NCBI GenBank assembly: GCA_964057225.1
Contig: OZ059898.1
Coordinates: 1,984,001 to 2,048,000 of the forward strand
Source of the DNA: Auanema rhodensis
Lineage: Eukaryota; Animalia; Nematoda
Length of the DNA: 64,000 bases
Reading direction: 5' to 3'
Of the stretch, positions 37,101-52,100 are shown in pieces (within the stretch, counting starts at the first letter, position 1; every line of letters begins with the position of its first letter). The notes beneath the pieces are model-generated. The model ran no database searches and had not been told where the DNA came from. It saw nothing but the letters and a program-made list of their open reading frames with translations. Made by a program: the position numbers and the translations under genes.

Positions 37101-40100
37101 TGCGCTAGCTTAAAAATGCACCGAGATATCAACTGATATAAGTTCACACTTATATCCTCGATTTTCACCCTGAAGAATTAATTTTTTCGTTGAATAACAT
37201 TGTCCATCGTTTTTGCCTTGAAAAAAGGAATCTAAAAACATCTACTTTTTGCTAAATTATTTTGAAATTTTTCGAAAAAATTTTTGTCAAAATGTTTTTG
37301 GAAGCAATGTTGAGTGTACATGGAAACTCAACATACACTAATGCATCATTTTTCAAACGATCATAACTAATTTTTGTATTAAGCGTTTCTCAATGTAGTA
37401 GAGTGCATTCGATGCGGATTTTTAAGCTGCGTCGATCTGTGTTATCAGATTTGCGCTAGCTTAAAAATGCACCGAGATATCAACTGATATAAGTTCACAC
37501 TTATATCCTCGATTTTCACCCTGAAGAATTAATTTTTTCGTTGAATAACATTGTCCATCGTCTTTGCCTTGAAAAAAGGAATCTAAAAACATCTACTTTT
37601 TGCTAAATTATTTTGAAATTTTTCGAAAAAATTTTTGTCAAAATGTTTTTGGAAGCAATGTTGAGTGTACATGGAAACTCAACATACACTAATGCATCAT
37701 TTTTCAAACGATCATAACTAATTTTTGTATTAAGCGTTTCTCAGTGTAGTAGAGCGCATTCGATGCGGATTTTTAAGCTGCGTCGATCTGTGTTATCAGA
37801 TTTGCGCTAGCTTAAAAATGCACCGAGATATCAACTGATATAAGTTCACACTTATATCCTCGATTTTCACCCTGAAGAATTAATTTTTTCGTTGAATAAC
37901 ATTGTCCATCGTTTTTGCCTTGAAAAAAGGAATCTAAAAACATCTACTTTTTGCTAAATTATTTTGAAATTTTTCGAAAAAATTTTTGTCAAAATGTTTT
38001 TGGAAGCAATGTTGAGTGTACATGGAAACTCAACATACACTAATGCATCATTTTTCAAACGATCATAACTAATTTTTGTATTAAGCGTTTCTCAATGTAG
38101 TAGAGTGCATTCGATGCGGATTTTTAAGCTGCGTCGATCTGTGTTATCAGATTTGCGCTAGCTTAAAAATGCACCGAGATATCAACTGATATAAGTTCAC
38201 ACTTATATCCTCGATTTTCACCCTGAAGAATTAATTTTTTCGTTGAATAACATTGTCCATCGTCTTTGCCTTGAAAAAAGGAATCTAAAAACATCTACTT
38301 TTTGCTAAATTATTTTGAAATTTTTTGAAAAAATTTTTGTCAAAATGTTTTTGGAAGCAATGTTGAGTGTACATGGAAACTCAACATACACTAATGCATC
38401 ATTTTTCAAACGATCATAACTAATTTTTGTATTAAGCGTTTCTCAATGTAGTATAGTGCATTCGATGCGGATTTTTAAGCTGCGTCGATCTGTGTTATCA
38501 GATTTGCGCTAGCTTAAAAATGCACCGAGATATCAACTGATATAAGTTCACACTTATATCCTCGATTTTCACCCTGAAGAATTAATTTTTTCGTTGAATA
38601 ACATTGTCCATCGTCTTTGCCTTGAAAAAAGGAATCTAAAAACATCTACTTTTTGCTAAATTATTTTGAAATTTTTCGAAAAAATTTTTGTCAAAATGTT
38701 TTTGGAAGCAATGTTGAGTATACATGGAAACTCAACATACACTAATGCATCATTTTTCAAACGATCATAACTAATTTTTGTATTGAGCGTTTCTCAATGT
38801 AGTATAGTGCATTCGATGCGGATTTTTAAGCTGCGTCGATCTGTGTTATTAGATTTGCGCTAGCTTAAAAATGCACCGAGATATCAACTGATATAAGTTC
38901 ACACTTATATCCTCGATTTTCACCCTGAAGAATTAATTTTTTCGTTGAATAACATTGTCCATCGTCTTTGCCTTGAAAAAAGGAATCTAAAAACATCTAC
39001 TTTTTGCTAAATTATTTTGAAATTTTTTGAAAAAATTTTTGTCAAAATGTTTTTGGAAGCAATGTTGAGTGTACATGGAAACTCAACATCCACTAATGCA
39101 TCATTTTTCAAACGATCATAACTAATTTTTGTATTAAGCGTTTCTCAATGTAGTAGAGTGCATTCGATGCGGATTTTTAAGCTGCGTCGATCTGTGTTAT
39201 CAGATTTGCGCTAGCTTAAAAATGCACCGAGATATCAACTGATATAAGTTCACACTTATATCCTCGATTTTCACCCTGAAGAATTAATTTTTTCGTTGAA
39301 TAACATTGTCCATCGTCTTTGCCTTGAAAAAAGGAATCTAAAAACATCTACTTTTTGCTAAATTATTTTGAAATTTTTTGAAAAAATTTTTGTCAAAATG
39401 TTTTTGGAAGCAATGTTGAGTGTACATGGAAACTCAACATACACTAATGCATCATTTTTCAACCGATCATAACTAATTTTTGTATTAAGCGTTTCTCAGT
39501 GTAGTAGAGAGCATTCGATGCGGATTTTTAAGCTGCGTCGATCTGTGTTATCAGATTTGCGCTAGCTTAAAAATGCACCGAGATATCAACTGATATAAGT
39601 TCACACTTATATCCTCGATTTTCACCCTGAAGAATTAATTTTTTCGTTGAATAACATTGTCCATCGTCTTTGCCTTGAAAAAAGGAAACTAAAAACATCT
39701 ACTTTTTGCCAAATTATTTTGAAATTTTTCGAAAAAATTTTTGTCAAAATGTTTTTGGAAGCAATGTTGAGTGTACATGGAAACTCAACATACACTAATG
39801 CATCATTTTTCGAACGATCATAACTAATTTTTGTATTAAGCGTTTCTCAATGTAGTATAGTGCATTCGATGCGGATTTTTAAGCTGCGTCGATCTGTGTT
39901 ATCAGATTTGCGCTAGCTTGAAAATGCACCGAGATATCAACTGATATAAGTTCACACTTATATCCTCGATTTTCACCCTGAAGAATTATTTTTTTCGTTG
40001 AATAACATTGTCCATCGTCTTTGCCTTGAAAAAAGGAATCTAAAAACATCTACTTTTTGCTAAATTATTTTGAAATTTTTCGAAAAAATTTTTGTCAAAA

Positions 40101-43100
40101 TGTTTTTGGAAGCAATGTTGAGTGTACATGGAAACTCAACATACACTAATGCATCATTTTTCAAACGATCATAACTAATTTTTGTATTAAGCGTTTCTCA
40201 GTGTAGTAGAGCGCATTCGATGCGGATTTTTAAGCTGCGTCGATCTGTGTTATCAGATTTGCGCTAGCTTAAAAATGCACCGAGATATCAACTGATATAA
40301 GTTCACACTTATATCCTCGATTTTCACCCTGAAGAATTAATTTTTTCGTTGAATAACATTGTCCATCGTCTTTGCCTTGAAAAAAGGAATCTAAAAACAT
40401 CTACTTTTTGCTAAATTATTTTGAAATTTTTCGAAAAAATTTTTGTCAAAATGTTTTTGGAAGCAATGTTGAGTATACATGGAAACTCAACATACACTAA
40501 TGCATCATTTTTCAAACGATCATAACTAATTTTTGTATTGAGCGTTTCTCAATGTAGTATAGTGCATTCGATGCGGATTTTTAAGCTGCGTCGATCTGTG
40601 TTATTAGATTTGCGCTAGCTTAAAAATGCACCGAGATATCAACTGATATAAGTTCACACTTATATCCTCGATTTTCACCCTGAAGAATTAATTTTTTCGT
40701 TGAATAACATTGTCCATCGTCTTTGCCTTGAAAAAAGGAATCTAAAAACATCTACTTTTTGCTAAATTATTTTGAAATTTTTTGAAAAAATTTTTGTCAA
40801 AATGTTTTTGGAAGCAATGTTGAGTGTACATGGAAACTCAACATACACTAATGCATCATTTTTCAAACGATCATAACTAATTTTTGTATTAAGCGTTTCT
40901 CAATGTAGTATAGTGCATTCGATGCGGATTTTTAAGCTGCGTCGATCTGTGTTATCAGATTTGCGCTAGCTTAAAAATGCACCGAGATATCAACTGATAT
41001 AAGTTCACACTTATATCCTCGATTTTCACCCTGAAGAATTAATTTTTTCGTTGAATAACATTGTCCATCGTCTTTGCCTTGAAAAAAGGAATCTAAAAAC
41101 ATCTACTTTTTGCTAAATTATTTTGAAATTTTTCGAAAAAATTTTTGTCAAAATGTTTTTGGAAGCAATGTTGAGTGTACATGGAAACTCAACATACACT
41201 AATGCATCATTTTTCAAACGATCATAACTAATTTTTGTATTAAGCGTTTCTCAGTGTAGTAGAGCGCATTCGATGCGGATTTTTAAGCTGCGTCGATCTG
41301 TGTTATCAGATTTGCGCTAGCTTAAAAATGCACCGAGATATCAACTGATATAAGTTCACACTTATATCCTCGATTTTCACCCTGAAGAATTAATTTTTTC
41401 GTTGAATAACATTGTCCATCGTCTTTGCCTTGAAAAAAGGAATCTAAAAACATCTACTTTTTGCTAAATTATTTTGAAATTTTTCGAAAAAATTTTTGTC
41501 AAAATGTTTTTGGAAGCAATGTTGAGTGTACATGGAAACTCAACATACACTAATGCATCATTTTTCAAACGATCATAACTAATTTTTGTATTAAGCGTTT
41601 CTCAATGTAGTAGAGTGCATTCGATGCGGATTTTTAAGCTGCGTCGATCTGTGTTATCAGATTTGCGCTAGCTTAAAAATGCACCGAGATATCAACTGAT
41701 ATAAGTTCACACTTATATCCTCGATTTTCACCCTGAAGAATTAATTTTTTCGTTGAATAACATTGTCCATCGTCTTTGCCTTGAAAAAAGGAATCTAAAA
41801 ACATCTACTTTTTGCTAAATTATTTTGAAATTTTTCGAAAAAATTTTTGTCAAAATGTTTTTGGAAGCAATGTTGAGTATACATGGAAACTCAACATACA
41901 CTAATGCATCATTTTTCAAACGATCATAACTAATTTTTGTATTGAGCGTTTCTCAATGTAGTATAGTGCATTCGATGCGGATTTTTAAGCTGCGTCGATC
42001 TGTGTTATTAGATTTGCGCTAGCTTAAAAATGCACCGAGATATCAACTGATATAAGTTCACACTTATATCCTCGATTTTCACCCTGAAGAATTAATTTTT
42101 TCGTTGAATAACATTGTCCATCGTCTTTGCCTTGAAAAAAGGAATCTAAAAACATCTACTTTTTGCTAAATTATTTTGAAATTTTTTGAAAAAATTTTTG
42201 TCAAAATGTTTTTGGAAGCAATGTTGAGTGTACATGGAAACTCAACATACACTAATGCATCATTTTTCAAACGATCATAACTAATTTTTGTATTAAACGT
42301 TTCTCAATGTCGTATAGTGCATTCGATGCGGATTTTTAAGCTGCGTCGATCTGTGTTATCAGATTTGCGCTAGCTTAAAAATGCACCGAGATATCAACTG
42401 ATATAAGTTCACACTTATATCCTCGATTTTCACCCTGAAGAATTAATTTTTTCGTTGAATAACATTGTCCATCGTCTTTGACTTGAAAAAAGGAAACTAA
42501 AAACATCTACTTTTTGCCAAATTATTTTGAAATTTTTCGAAAAAATTTTTGTCAAAATGTTTTTGGAAGCAATGTTGAGTGTACATGGAAACTCAACATA
42601 CACTAATGCATCATTTTTCGAACGATCATAACTAATTTTTGTATTAAGCGTTTCTCAATGTAGTATAGTGCATTCGATGCGGATTTTTAAGCTGCGTCGA
42701 TCTGTGTTATCAGATTTGCGCTAGCTTAAAAATGCACCGAGATATCAACTGATATAAGTTCACACTTATATCCTCGATTTTCACCCTGAAGAATTAATTT
42801 TTTCGTTGAATAACATTGTCCATCGTCTTTGCCTTGAAAAAAGGAATCTAAAAACATCTACTTTTTGCTAAATTATTTTGAAATTTTTCGAAAAAATTTT
42901 TGTCAAAATGTTTTTGGAAGCAATGTTGAGTGTACATGGAAACTCAACATACACTAATGCATCATTTTTCAAACGATCATAACTAATTTTTGTATTAAGC
43001 GTTTCTCAATGTAGTAGAGTGCATTCGATGCGGATTTTTAAGCTGCGTCGATCTGTGTTATCAGATTTGCGCTAGCTTAAAAATGCACCGAGATATCAAC

Positions 43101-46100
43101 TGATATAAGTTCACACTTATATCCTCGATTTTCACCCTGAAGAATTAATTTTTTCGTTGAATAACATTGTCCATCGTCTTTGCCTTGAAAAAAGGAATCT
43201 AAAAACATCTACTTTTTGCTAAATTATTTTGAAATTTTTTGAAAAAATTTTTGTCAAAATGTTTTTGGAAGCAATGTTGAGTGTACATGGAAACTCAACA
43301 TACACTAATGCATCATTTTTCAAACGATCATAACTAATTTTTGTATTAAGCGTTTCTCAATGTAGCATAGTGCATTCGATGCGGATTTTTAAGCTGCGTC
43401 GATCTGTGTTATCAGATTTGCGCTAGCTTAAAAATGCACCGAGATATCAACTGATATAAGTTCACACTTATATCCTCGATTTTCACCCTGAAGAATTAAT
43501 TTTTTCGTTGAATAACATTGTCCATCGTCTTTGCCTTAAAAATAGGAATCTAAAAACATCTACTTTTTGCTAAATTATTTTGAAATTTTTCGAAAAAATT
43601 TTTGTCAAAATGTTTTTGGAAGCAATGTTGAGTGTACATGGAAACTCAACATACACTAATGCATCATTTTTCAAACGATCATAACTAATTTTTGTATTAA
43701 ACGTTTCTCAATGTCGTATAGTGCATTCGATGCGGATTTTTAAGCTGCGTCGATCTGTGTTATCAGATTTGCGCTAGCTTAAAAATGCACCGAGATATCA
43801 ACTGATATAAGTTCACACTTATATCCTCGATTTTCACCCTGAAGAATTAATTTTTTCGTTGAATAACATTGTCCATCGTCTTTGCCTTGATAAAAGGAAA
43901 CTAAAAACATCTACTTTTTGCCAAATTATTTTGAAATTTTTCGAAAAAATTTTTGTCAAAATGTTTTTGGAAGCAATGTTGAGTGTACATGGAAACTCAA
44001 CATACACTAATGCATCATTTTTCGAACGATCATAACTAATTTTTGTATTAAGCGTTTCTCAATGTAGTATAGTGCATTCGATGCGGATTTTTAAGCTGCG
44101 TCGATCTGTGTTATCAGATTTGCGCTAGCTTAAAAATGCACCGAGAAATCAACTGATATAAGTTCACACTTATATCCTCGATTTTCACCCTGAAGAATTA
44201 ATTTTTTCGTTGAATAACATTGTCCATCGTCTTTGCCTTAAAAATAGGAATCTAAAAACATCTACTTTTTGCTAAATTATTTTGAAATTTTTCGAAAAAA
44301 TTTTTGTCAAAATGTTTTTGGAAGCAATGTTGAGTGTACATGGAAACTCAACATACACTAATGCATCATTTTTCAAACGATCATAACTAATTTTTGTATT
44401 AAACGTTTCTCAATGTCGTATAGTGCATTCGATGCGGATTTTTAAGCTGCGTCGATCTGTGTTATCAGATTTGCGCTAGCTTAAAAATGCACCGAGATAT
44501 CAACTGATATAAGTTCACACTTATATCCTCGATTTTCACCCTGAAGAATTAATTTTTTCGTTGAATAACATTGTCCATCGTCTTTGCCTTGATAAAAGGA
44601 AACTAAAAACATCTACTTTTTGCCAAATTATTTTGAAATTTTTCGAAAAAATTTTTGTCAAAATGTTTTTGGAAGCAATGTTGAGTGTACATGGAAACTC
44701 AACATACACTAATGCATCATTTTTCGAACGATCATAACTAATTTTTGTATTAAGCGTTTCTCAATGTAGTATAGTGCATTCGATGCGGATTTTTAAGCTG
44801 CGTCGATCTGTGTTATCAGATTTGCGCTAGCTTAAAAATGCACCGAGAAATCAACTGATATAAGTTCACACTTATATCCTCGATTTTCACCCTGAAGAAT
44901 TAATTTTTTCGTTGAATAACATTGTCCATCGTCTTTGCCTTGAAAAAAGGAATCTAAAAACATCTACTTTTTGCTAAATTATTTTGAAATTTTTCGAAAA
45001 AATTTTTGTCAAAATGTTTTTGGAAGCAATGTTGAGTGTACATGGAAACTCAACATACACTAATGCATCATTTTTCAAACAATCATAACTAATTTTTGTA
45101 TTAAGCGTTTCTCAATGTAGTATAGTGCATTCGATGCGGATTTTTAAGCTGCGTCGATCTGTGTTATCAGATTTGCGCTAGCTTAAAAATGCACCGAGAT
45201 ATCAACTGATATAAGTTCACACTTATATCCTCGATTTTCACCCTGAAGAATTAATTTTTTCGTTGAATAACATTGTCCATCGTCTTTGCCTTGAAAAAAG
45301 GAATCTAAAAACATCTACTTTTTGCTAAATTATTTTGAAATTTTTCGAAAAAATTTTTGTCAAAATGTTTTTGGAAGCAATGTTGAGTGTACATGGAAAC
45401 TCAACATACACTAATGCATCATTTTTCAAACGATCATAACTAATTTTTGTATTAAGCGTTTCTCAATGTAGTAGAGTGCATTCGATGCGGATTTTTAAGC
45501 TGCGTCGATCTGTGTTATCAGATTTGCGCTAGCTTAAAAATGCACCGAGATATCAACTGATATAAGTTCACACTTATATCCTCGATTTTCACCCTGAAGA
45601 ATTAATTTTTTCGTTGAATAACATTGTCCATCGTCTTTGCCTTGAAAAAAGGAATCTAAAAACATCTACTTTTTGCTAAATTATTTTGAAATTTTTTGAA
45701 AAAATTTTTGTCAAAATGTTTTTGGAAGCAATGTTGAGTGTACATGGAAACTCAACATACACTAATGCATCATTTTTCAAACGATCATAACTAATTTTTG
45801 TATTAAGCGTTTCTCAATGTAGCATAGTGCATTCGATGCGGATTTTTAAGCTGCGTCGATCTGTGTTATCAGATTTGCGCTAGCTTAAAAATGCACCGAG
45901 ATATCAACTGATATAAGTTCACACTTATATCCTCGATTTTCACCCTGAAGAATTAATTTTTTCGTTGAATAACATTGTCCATCGTCTTTGCCTTAAAAAT
46001 AGGAATCTAAAAACATCTACTTTTTGCTAAATTATTTTGAAATTTTTCGAAAAAATTTTTGTCAAAATGTTTTTGGAAGCAATGTTGAGTGTACATGGAA

Positions 46101-49100
46101 ACTCAACATACACTAATGCATCATTTTTCAAACGATCATAACTAATTTTTGTATTAAACGTTTCTCAATGTCGTATAGTGCATTCGATGCGGATTTTTAA
46201 GCTGCGTCGATCTGTGTTATCAGATTTGCGCTAGCTTAAAAATGCACCGAGATATCAACTGATATAAGTTCACACTTATATCCTCGATTTTCACCCTGAA
46301 GAATTAATTTTTTCGTTGAATAACATTGTCCATCGTCTTTGCCTTGATAAAAGGAAACTAAAAACATCTACTTTTTGCCAAATTATTTTGAAATTTTTCG
46401 AAAAAATTTTTGTCAAAATGTTTTTGGAAGCAATGTTGAGTGTACATGGAAACTCAACATACACTAATGCATCATTTTTCGAACGATCATAACTAATTTT
46501 TGTATTAAGCGTTTCTCAATGTAGTATAGTGCATTCGATGCGGATTTTTAAGCTGCGTCGATCTGTGTTATCAGATTTGCGCTAGCTTAAAAATGCACCG
46601 AGAAATCAACTGATATAAGTTCACACTTATATCCTCGATTTTCACCCTGAAGAATTAATTTTTTCGTTGAATAACATTGTCCATCGTCTTTGCCTTAAAA
46701 ATAGGAATCTAAAAACATCTACTTTTTGCTAAATTATTTTGAAATTTTTCGAAAAAATTTTTGTCAAAATGTTTTTGGAAGCAATGTTGAGTGTACATGG
46801 AAACTCAACATACACTAATGCATCATTTTTCAAACGATCATAACTAATTTTTGTATTAAACGTTTCTCAATGTCGTATAGTGCATTCGATGCGGATTTTT
46901 AAGCTGCGTCGATCTGTGTTATCAGATTTGCGCTAGCTTAAAAATGCACCGAGATATCAACTGATATAAGTTCACACTTATATCCTCGATTTTCACCCTG
47001 AAGAATTAATTTTTTCGTTGAATAACATTGTCCATCGTCTTTGCCTTGATAAAAGGAAACTAAAAACATCTACTTTTTGCCAAATTATTTTGAAATTTTT
47101 CGAAAAAATTTTTGTCAAAATGTTTTTGGAAGCAATGTTGAGTGTACATGGAAACTCAACATACACTAATGCATCATTTTTCGAACGATCATAACTAATT
47201 TTTGTATTAAGCGTTTCTCAATGTAGTATAGTGCATTCGATGCGGATTTTTAAGCTGCGTCGATCTGTGTTATCAGATTTGCGCTAGCTTAAAAATGCAC
47301 CGAGAAATCAACTGATATAAGTTCACACTTATATCCTCGATTTTCACCCTGAAGAATTAATTTTTTCGTTGAATAACATTGTCCATCGTCTTTGCCTTGA
47401 AAAAAGGAATCTAAAAACATCTACTTTTTGCTAAATTATTTTGAAATTTTTCGAAAAAATTTTTGTCAAAATGTTTTTGGAAGCAATGTTGAGTGTACAT
47501 GGAAACTCAACATACACTAATGCATCATTTTTCAAACAATCATAACTAATTTTTGTATTAAGCGTTTCTCAATGTAGTATAGTGCATTCGATGCGGATTT
47601 TTAAGCTGCGTCGATCTGTGTTATCAGATTTGCGCTAGCTTAAAAATGCACCGAGAAATCAACTGATATAAGTTCACACTTATATCCTCGATTTTCACCC
47701 TGAAGAATTAATTTTTTCGTTGAATAACATTGTCCATCGTCTTTGCCTTGAAAAAAGGAATCTAAAAACATCTACTTTTTGCTAAATTATTTTGAAATTT
47801 TTCGAAAAAATTTTTGTCAAAATGTTTTTGGAAGCAATGTTGAGTGTACATGGAAACTCAACATACACTAATGCATCATTTTTCAAACAATCATAACTAA
47901 TTTTTGTATTGAGCGTTTCTCAATGTAGTATAGTGCATTCGATGCGGATTTTTAAGCTGCGTCGATCTGTGTTATCAGATTTGCGCTAGCTTAAAAATGC
48001 ACCGAGATATCAACTGATATAAGTTCACACTTATATCCTCGATTTTCACCCTGAAGAATTAATTTTTTCGTTGAATAACATTGTCCATCGTCTTTGACTT
48101 GAAAAAAGGAAACTAAAAACATCTACTTTTTGCCAAATTATTTTGAAATTTTTCGAAAAAATTTTTGTCAAAATGTTTTTGGAAGCAATGTTGAGTGTAC
48201 ATGGAAACTCAACATACACTAATGCATCATTTTTCAAACGATCATAACTAATTTTTGTATTAAGCGTTTCTCAGTGTAGTAGAGCGCATTCGATGCGGAT
48301 TTTTAAGCTGCGTCGATCTGTGTTATCAGATTTGCGCTAGCTTAAAAATGCACCGAGATATCAACTGATATAAGTTCACACTTATATCCTCGATTTTCAC
48401 CCTGAAGAATTAATTTTTTCGTTGAATAACATTGTCCATCGTCTTTGCCTTGAAAAAAGGAATCTAAAAACATCTACTTTTTGCTAAATTATTTTGAAAT
48501 TTTTCGAAAAAATTTTTGTCAAAATGTTTTTGGAAGCAATGTTGAGTATACATGGAAACTCAACATACACTAATGCATCATTTTTCAAACGATCATAACT
48601 AATTTTTGTATTGAGCGTTTCTCAATGTAGTATAGTGCATTCGATGCGGATTTTTAAGCTGCGTCGATCTGTGTTATTAGATTTGCGCTAGCTTAAAAAT
48701 GCACCGAGATATCAACTGATATAAGTTCACACTTATATCCTCGATTTTCACCCTGAAGAATTAATTTTTTCGTTGAATAACATTGTCCATCGTCTTTGCC
48801 TTGAAAAAAGGAATCTAAAAACATCTACTTTTTGCTAAATTATTTTGAAATTTTTCGAAAAAATTTTTGTCAAAATGTTTTTGGAAGCAATGTTGAGTGT
48901 ACATGGAAACTCAACATACACTAATGCATCATTTTTCAAACGATCATAACTAATTTTTGTATTAAGCGTTTCTCAATGTAGTAGAGTGCATTCGATGCGG
49001 ATTTTTAAGCTGCGTCGATCTGTGTTATCAGATTTGCGCTAGCTTAAAAATGCACCGAGATATCAACTGATATAAGTTCACACTTATATCCTCGATTTTC

Positions 49101-52100
49101 ACCCTGAAGAATTAATTTTTTCGTTGAATAACATTGTCCATCGTCTTTGCCTTGAAAAAAGGAATCTAAAAACATCTACTTTTTGCTAAATTATTTTGAA
49201 ATTTTTCGAAAAAATTTTTGTCAAAATGTTTTTGGAAGCAATGTTGAGTGTACATGGAAACTCAACATACACTAATGCATCATTTTTCAAACGATCATAA
49301 CTAATTTTTGTATTAAGCGTTTCTCAGTGTAGTAGAGCGCATTCGATGCGGATTTTTAAGCTGCGTCGATCTGTGTTATCAGATTTGCGCTAGCTTAAAA
49401 ATTTTTAAAACGATTTTTAAAAATTTTTAAAACGATTTTCACCCTGAAGAATTAATTTTTTCGTTGAATTTTCACCCTGAAGAATTAATTTTTTCGTTGA
49501 ATAACATTGTCCATCGTCTTTGCCTTGAAAAAAGGAATCTAAAAACATCTACTTTTTGCTAAATTATTTTGAAATTTTTCGAAAAAATTTTTGTCAAAAT
49601 GTTTTTGGAAGCAATGTTGAGTGTACATGGAAACTCAACATACACTAATGCATCATTTTTCAAACGATCATAACTAATTTTTGTATTAAGCGTTTCTCAA
49701 TGTAGTAGAGTGCATTCGATGCGGATTTTTAAGCTGCGTCGATCTGTGTTATCAGATTTGCGCTAGCTTAAAAATGCACCGAGATATCAACTGATATAAG
49801 TTCACACTTATATCCTCGATTTTCACCCTGAAGAATTAATTTTTTCGTTGAATAACATTGTCCATCGTCTTTGCCTTGAAAAAAGGAATCTAAAAACATC
49901 TACTTTTTGCTAAATTATTTTGAAATTTTTCGAAAAAATTTTTGTCAAAATGTTTTTGGAAGCAATGTTGAGTATACATGGAAACTCAACATACACTAAT
50001 GCATCATTTTTCAAACGATCATAACTAATTTTTGTATTGAGCGTTTCTCAATGTAGTATAGTGCATTCGATGCGGATTTTTAAGCTGCGTCGATCTGTGT
50101 TATTAGATTTGCGCTAGCTTAAAAATGCACCGAGATATCAACTGATATAAGTTCACACTTATATCCTCGATTTTCACCCTGAAGAATTAATTTTTTCGTT
50201 GAATAACATTGTCCATCGTCTTTGCCTTGAAAAAAGGAATCTAAAAACATCTACTTTTTGCTAAATTATTTTGAAATTTTTTGAAAAAATTTTTGTCAAA
50301 ATGTTTTTGGAAGCAATGTTGAGTGTACATGGAAACTCAACATACACTAATGCATCATTTTTCAAACGATCATAACTAATTTTTGTATTAAGCGTTTCTC
50401 AATGTAGTATAGTGCATCCGATGCGGATTTTTAAGCTGCGTCGATCTGTGTTATCAGATTTGCGCTAGCTTAAAAATGCACCGAGATATCAACTGATATA
50501 AGTTCACACTTATATCCTCGATTTTCACCCTGAAGAATTAATTTTTTCGTTGAATAACATTGTCCATCGTCTTTGCCTTGAAAAAAGGAATCTAAAAACA
50601 TCTACTTTTTGCTAAATTATTTTGAAATTTTTCGAAAAAATTTTTGTCAAAATGTTTTTGGAAGCAATGTTGAGTGTACATGGAAACTCAACATACACTA
50701 ATGCATCATTTTTCAAACGATCATAACTAATTTTTGTATTAAGCGTTTCTCAGTGTAGTAGAGCGCATTCGATGCGGATTTTTAAGCTGCGTCGATCTGT
50801 GTTATCAGATTTGCGCTAGCTTAAAAATGCACCGAGATATCAACTGATATAAGTTCACACTTATATCCTCGATTTTCACCCTGAAGAATTAATTTTTTCG
50901 TTGAATAACATTGTCCATCGTCTTTGCCTTGAAAAAAGGAATCTAAAAACATCTACTTTTTGCTAAATTATTTTGAAATTTTTCGAAAAAATTTTTGTCA
51001 AAATGTTTTTGGAAGCAATGTTGAGTGTACATGGAAACTCAACATACACTAATGCATCATTTTTCAAACGATCATAACTAATTTTTGTATTAAGCGTTTC
51101 TCAATGTAGTAGAGTGCATTCGATGCGGATTTTTAAGCTGCGTCGATCTGTGTTATCAGATTTGCGCTAGCTTAAAAATGCACCGAGATATCAACTGATA
51201 TAAGTTCACACTTATATCCTCGATTTTCACCCTGAAGAATTAATTTTTTCGTTGAATAACATTGTCCATCGTCTTTGCCTTGAAAAAAGGAATCTAAAAA
51301 CATCTACTTTTTGCTAAATTATTTTGAAATTTTTCGAAAAAATTTTTGTCAAAATGTTTTTGGAAGCAATGTTGAGTATACATGGAAACTCAACATACAC
51401 TAATGCATCATTTTTCAAACGATCATAACTAATTTTTGTATTGAGCGTTTCTCAATGTAGTATAGTGCATTCGATGCGGATTTTTAAGCTGCGTCGATCT
51501 GTGTTATTAGATTTGCGCTAGCTTAAAAATGCACCGAGATATCAACTGATATAAGTTCACACTTATATCCTCGATTTTCACCCTGAAGAAATAATTTTTT
51601 CGTTGAATAACATTGTCCATCGTCTTTGCCTTGAAAAAAGGAATCTAAAAACATCTACTTTTTGCTAAATTATTTTGAAATTTTTTGAAAAAATTTTTGT
51701 CAAAATGTTTTTGGAAGCAATGTTGAGTGTACATGGAAACTCAACATACACTAATGCATCATTTTTCAAACGATCATAACTAATTTTTGTATTAAACGTT
51801 TCTCAATGTCGTATAGTGCATTCGATGCGGATTTTTAAGCTGCGTCGATCTGTGTTATCAGATTTGCGCTAGCTTAAAAATGCACCGAGATATCAACTGA
51901 TATAAGTTCACACTTATATCCTCGATTTTCACCCTGAAGAATTAATTTTTTCGTTGAATAACATTGTCCATCGTCTTTGACTTGAAAAAAGGAAACTAAA
52001 AACATCTACTTTTTGCCAAATTATTTTGAAATTTTTCGAAAAAATTTTTGTCAAAATGTTTTTGGAAGCAATGTTGAGTGTACATGGAAACTCAACATAC

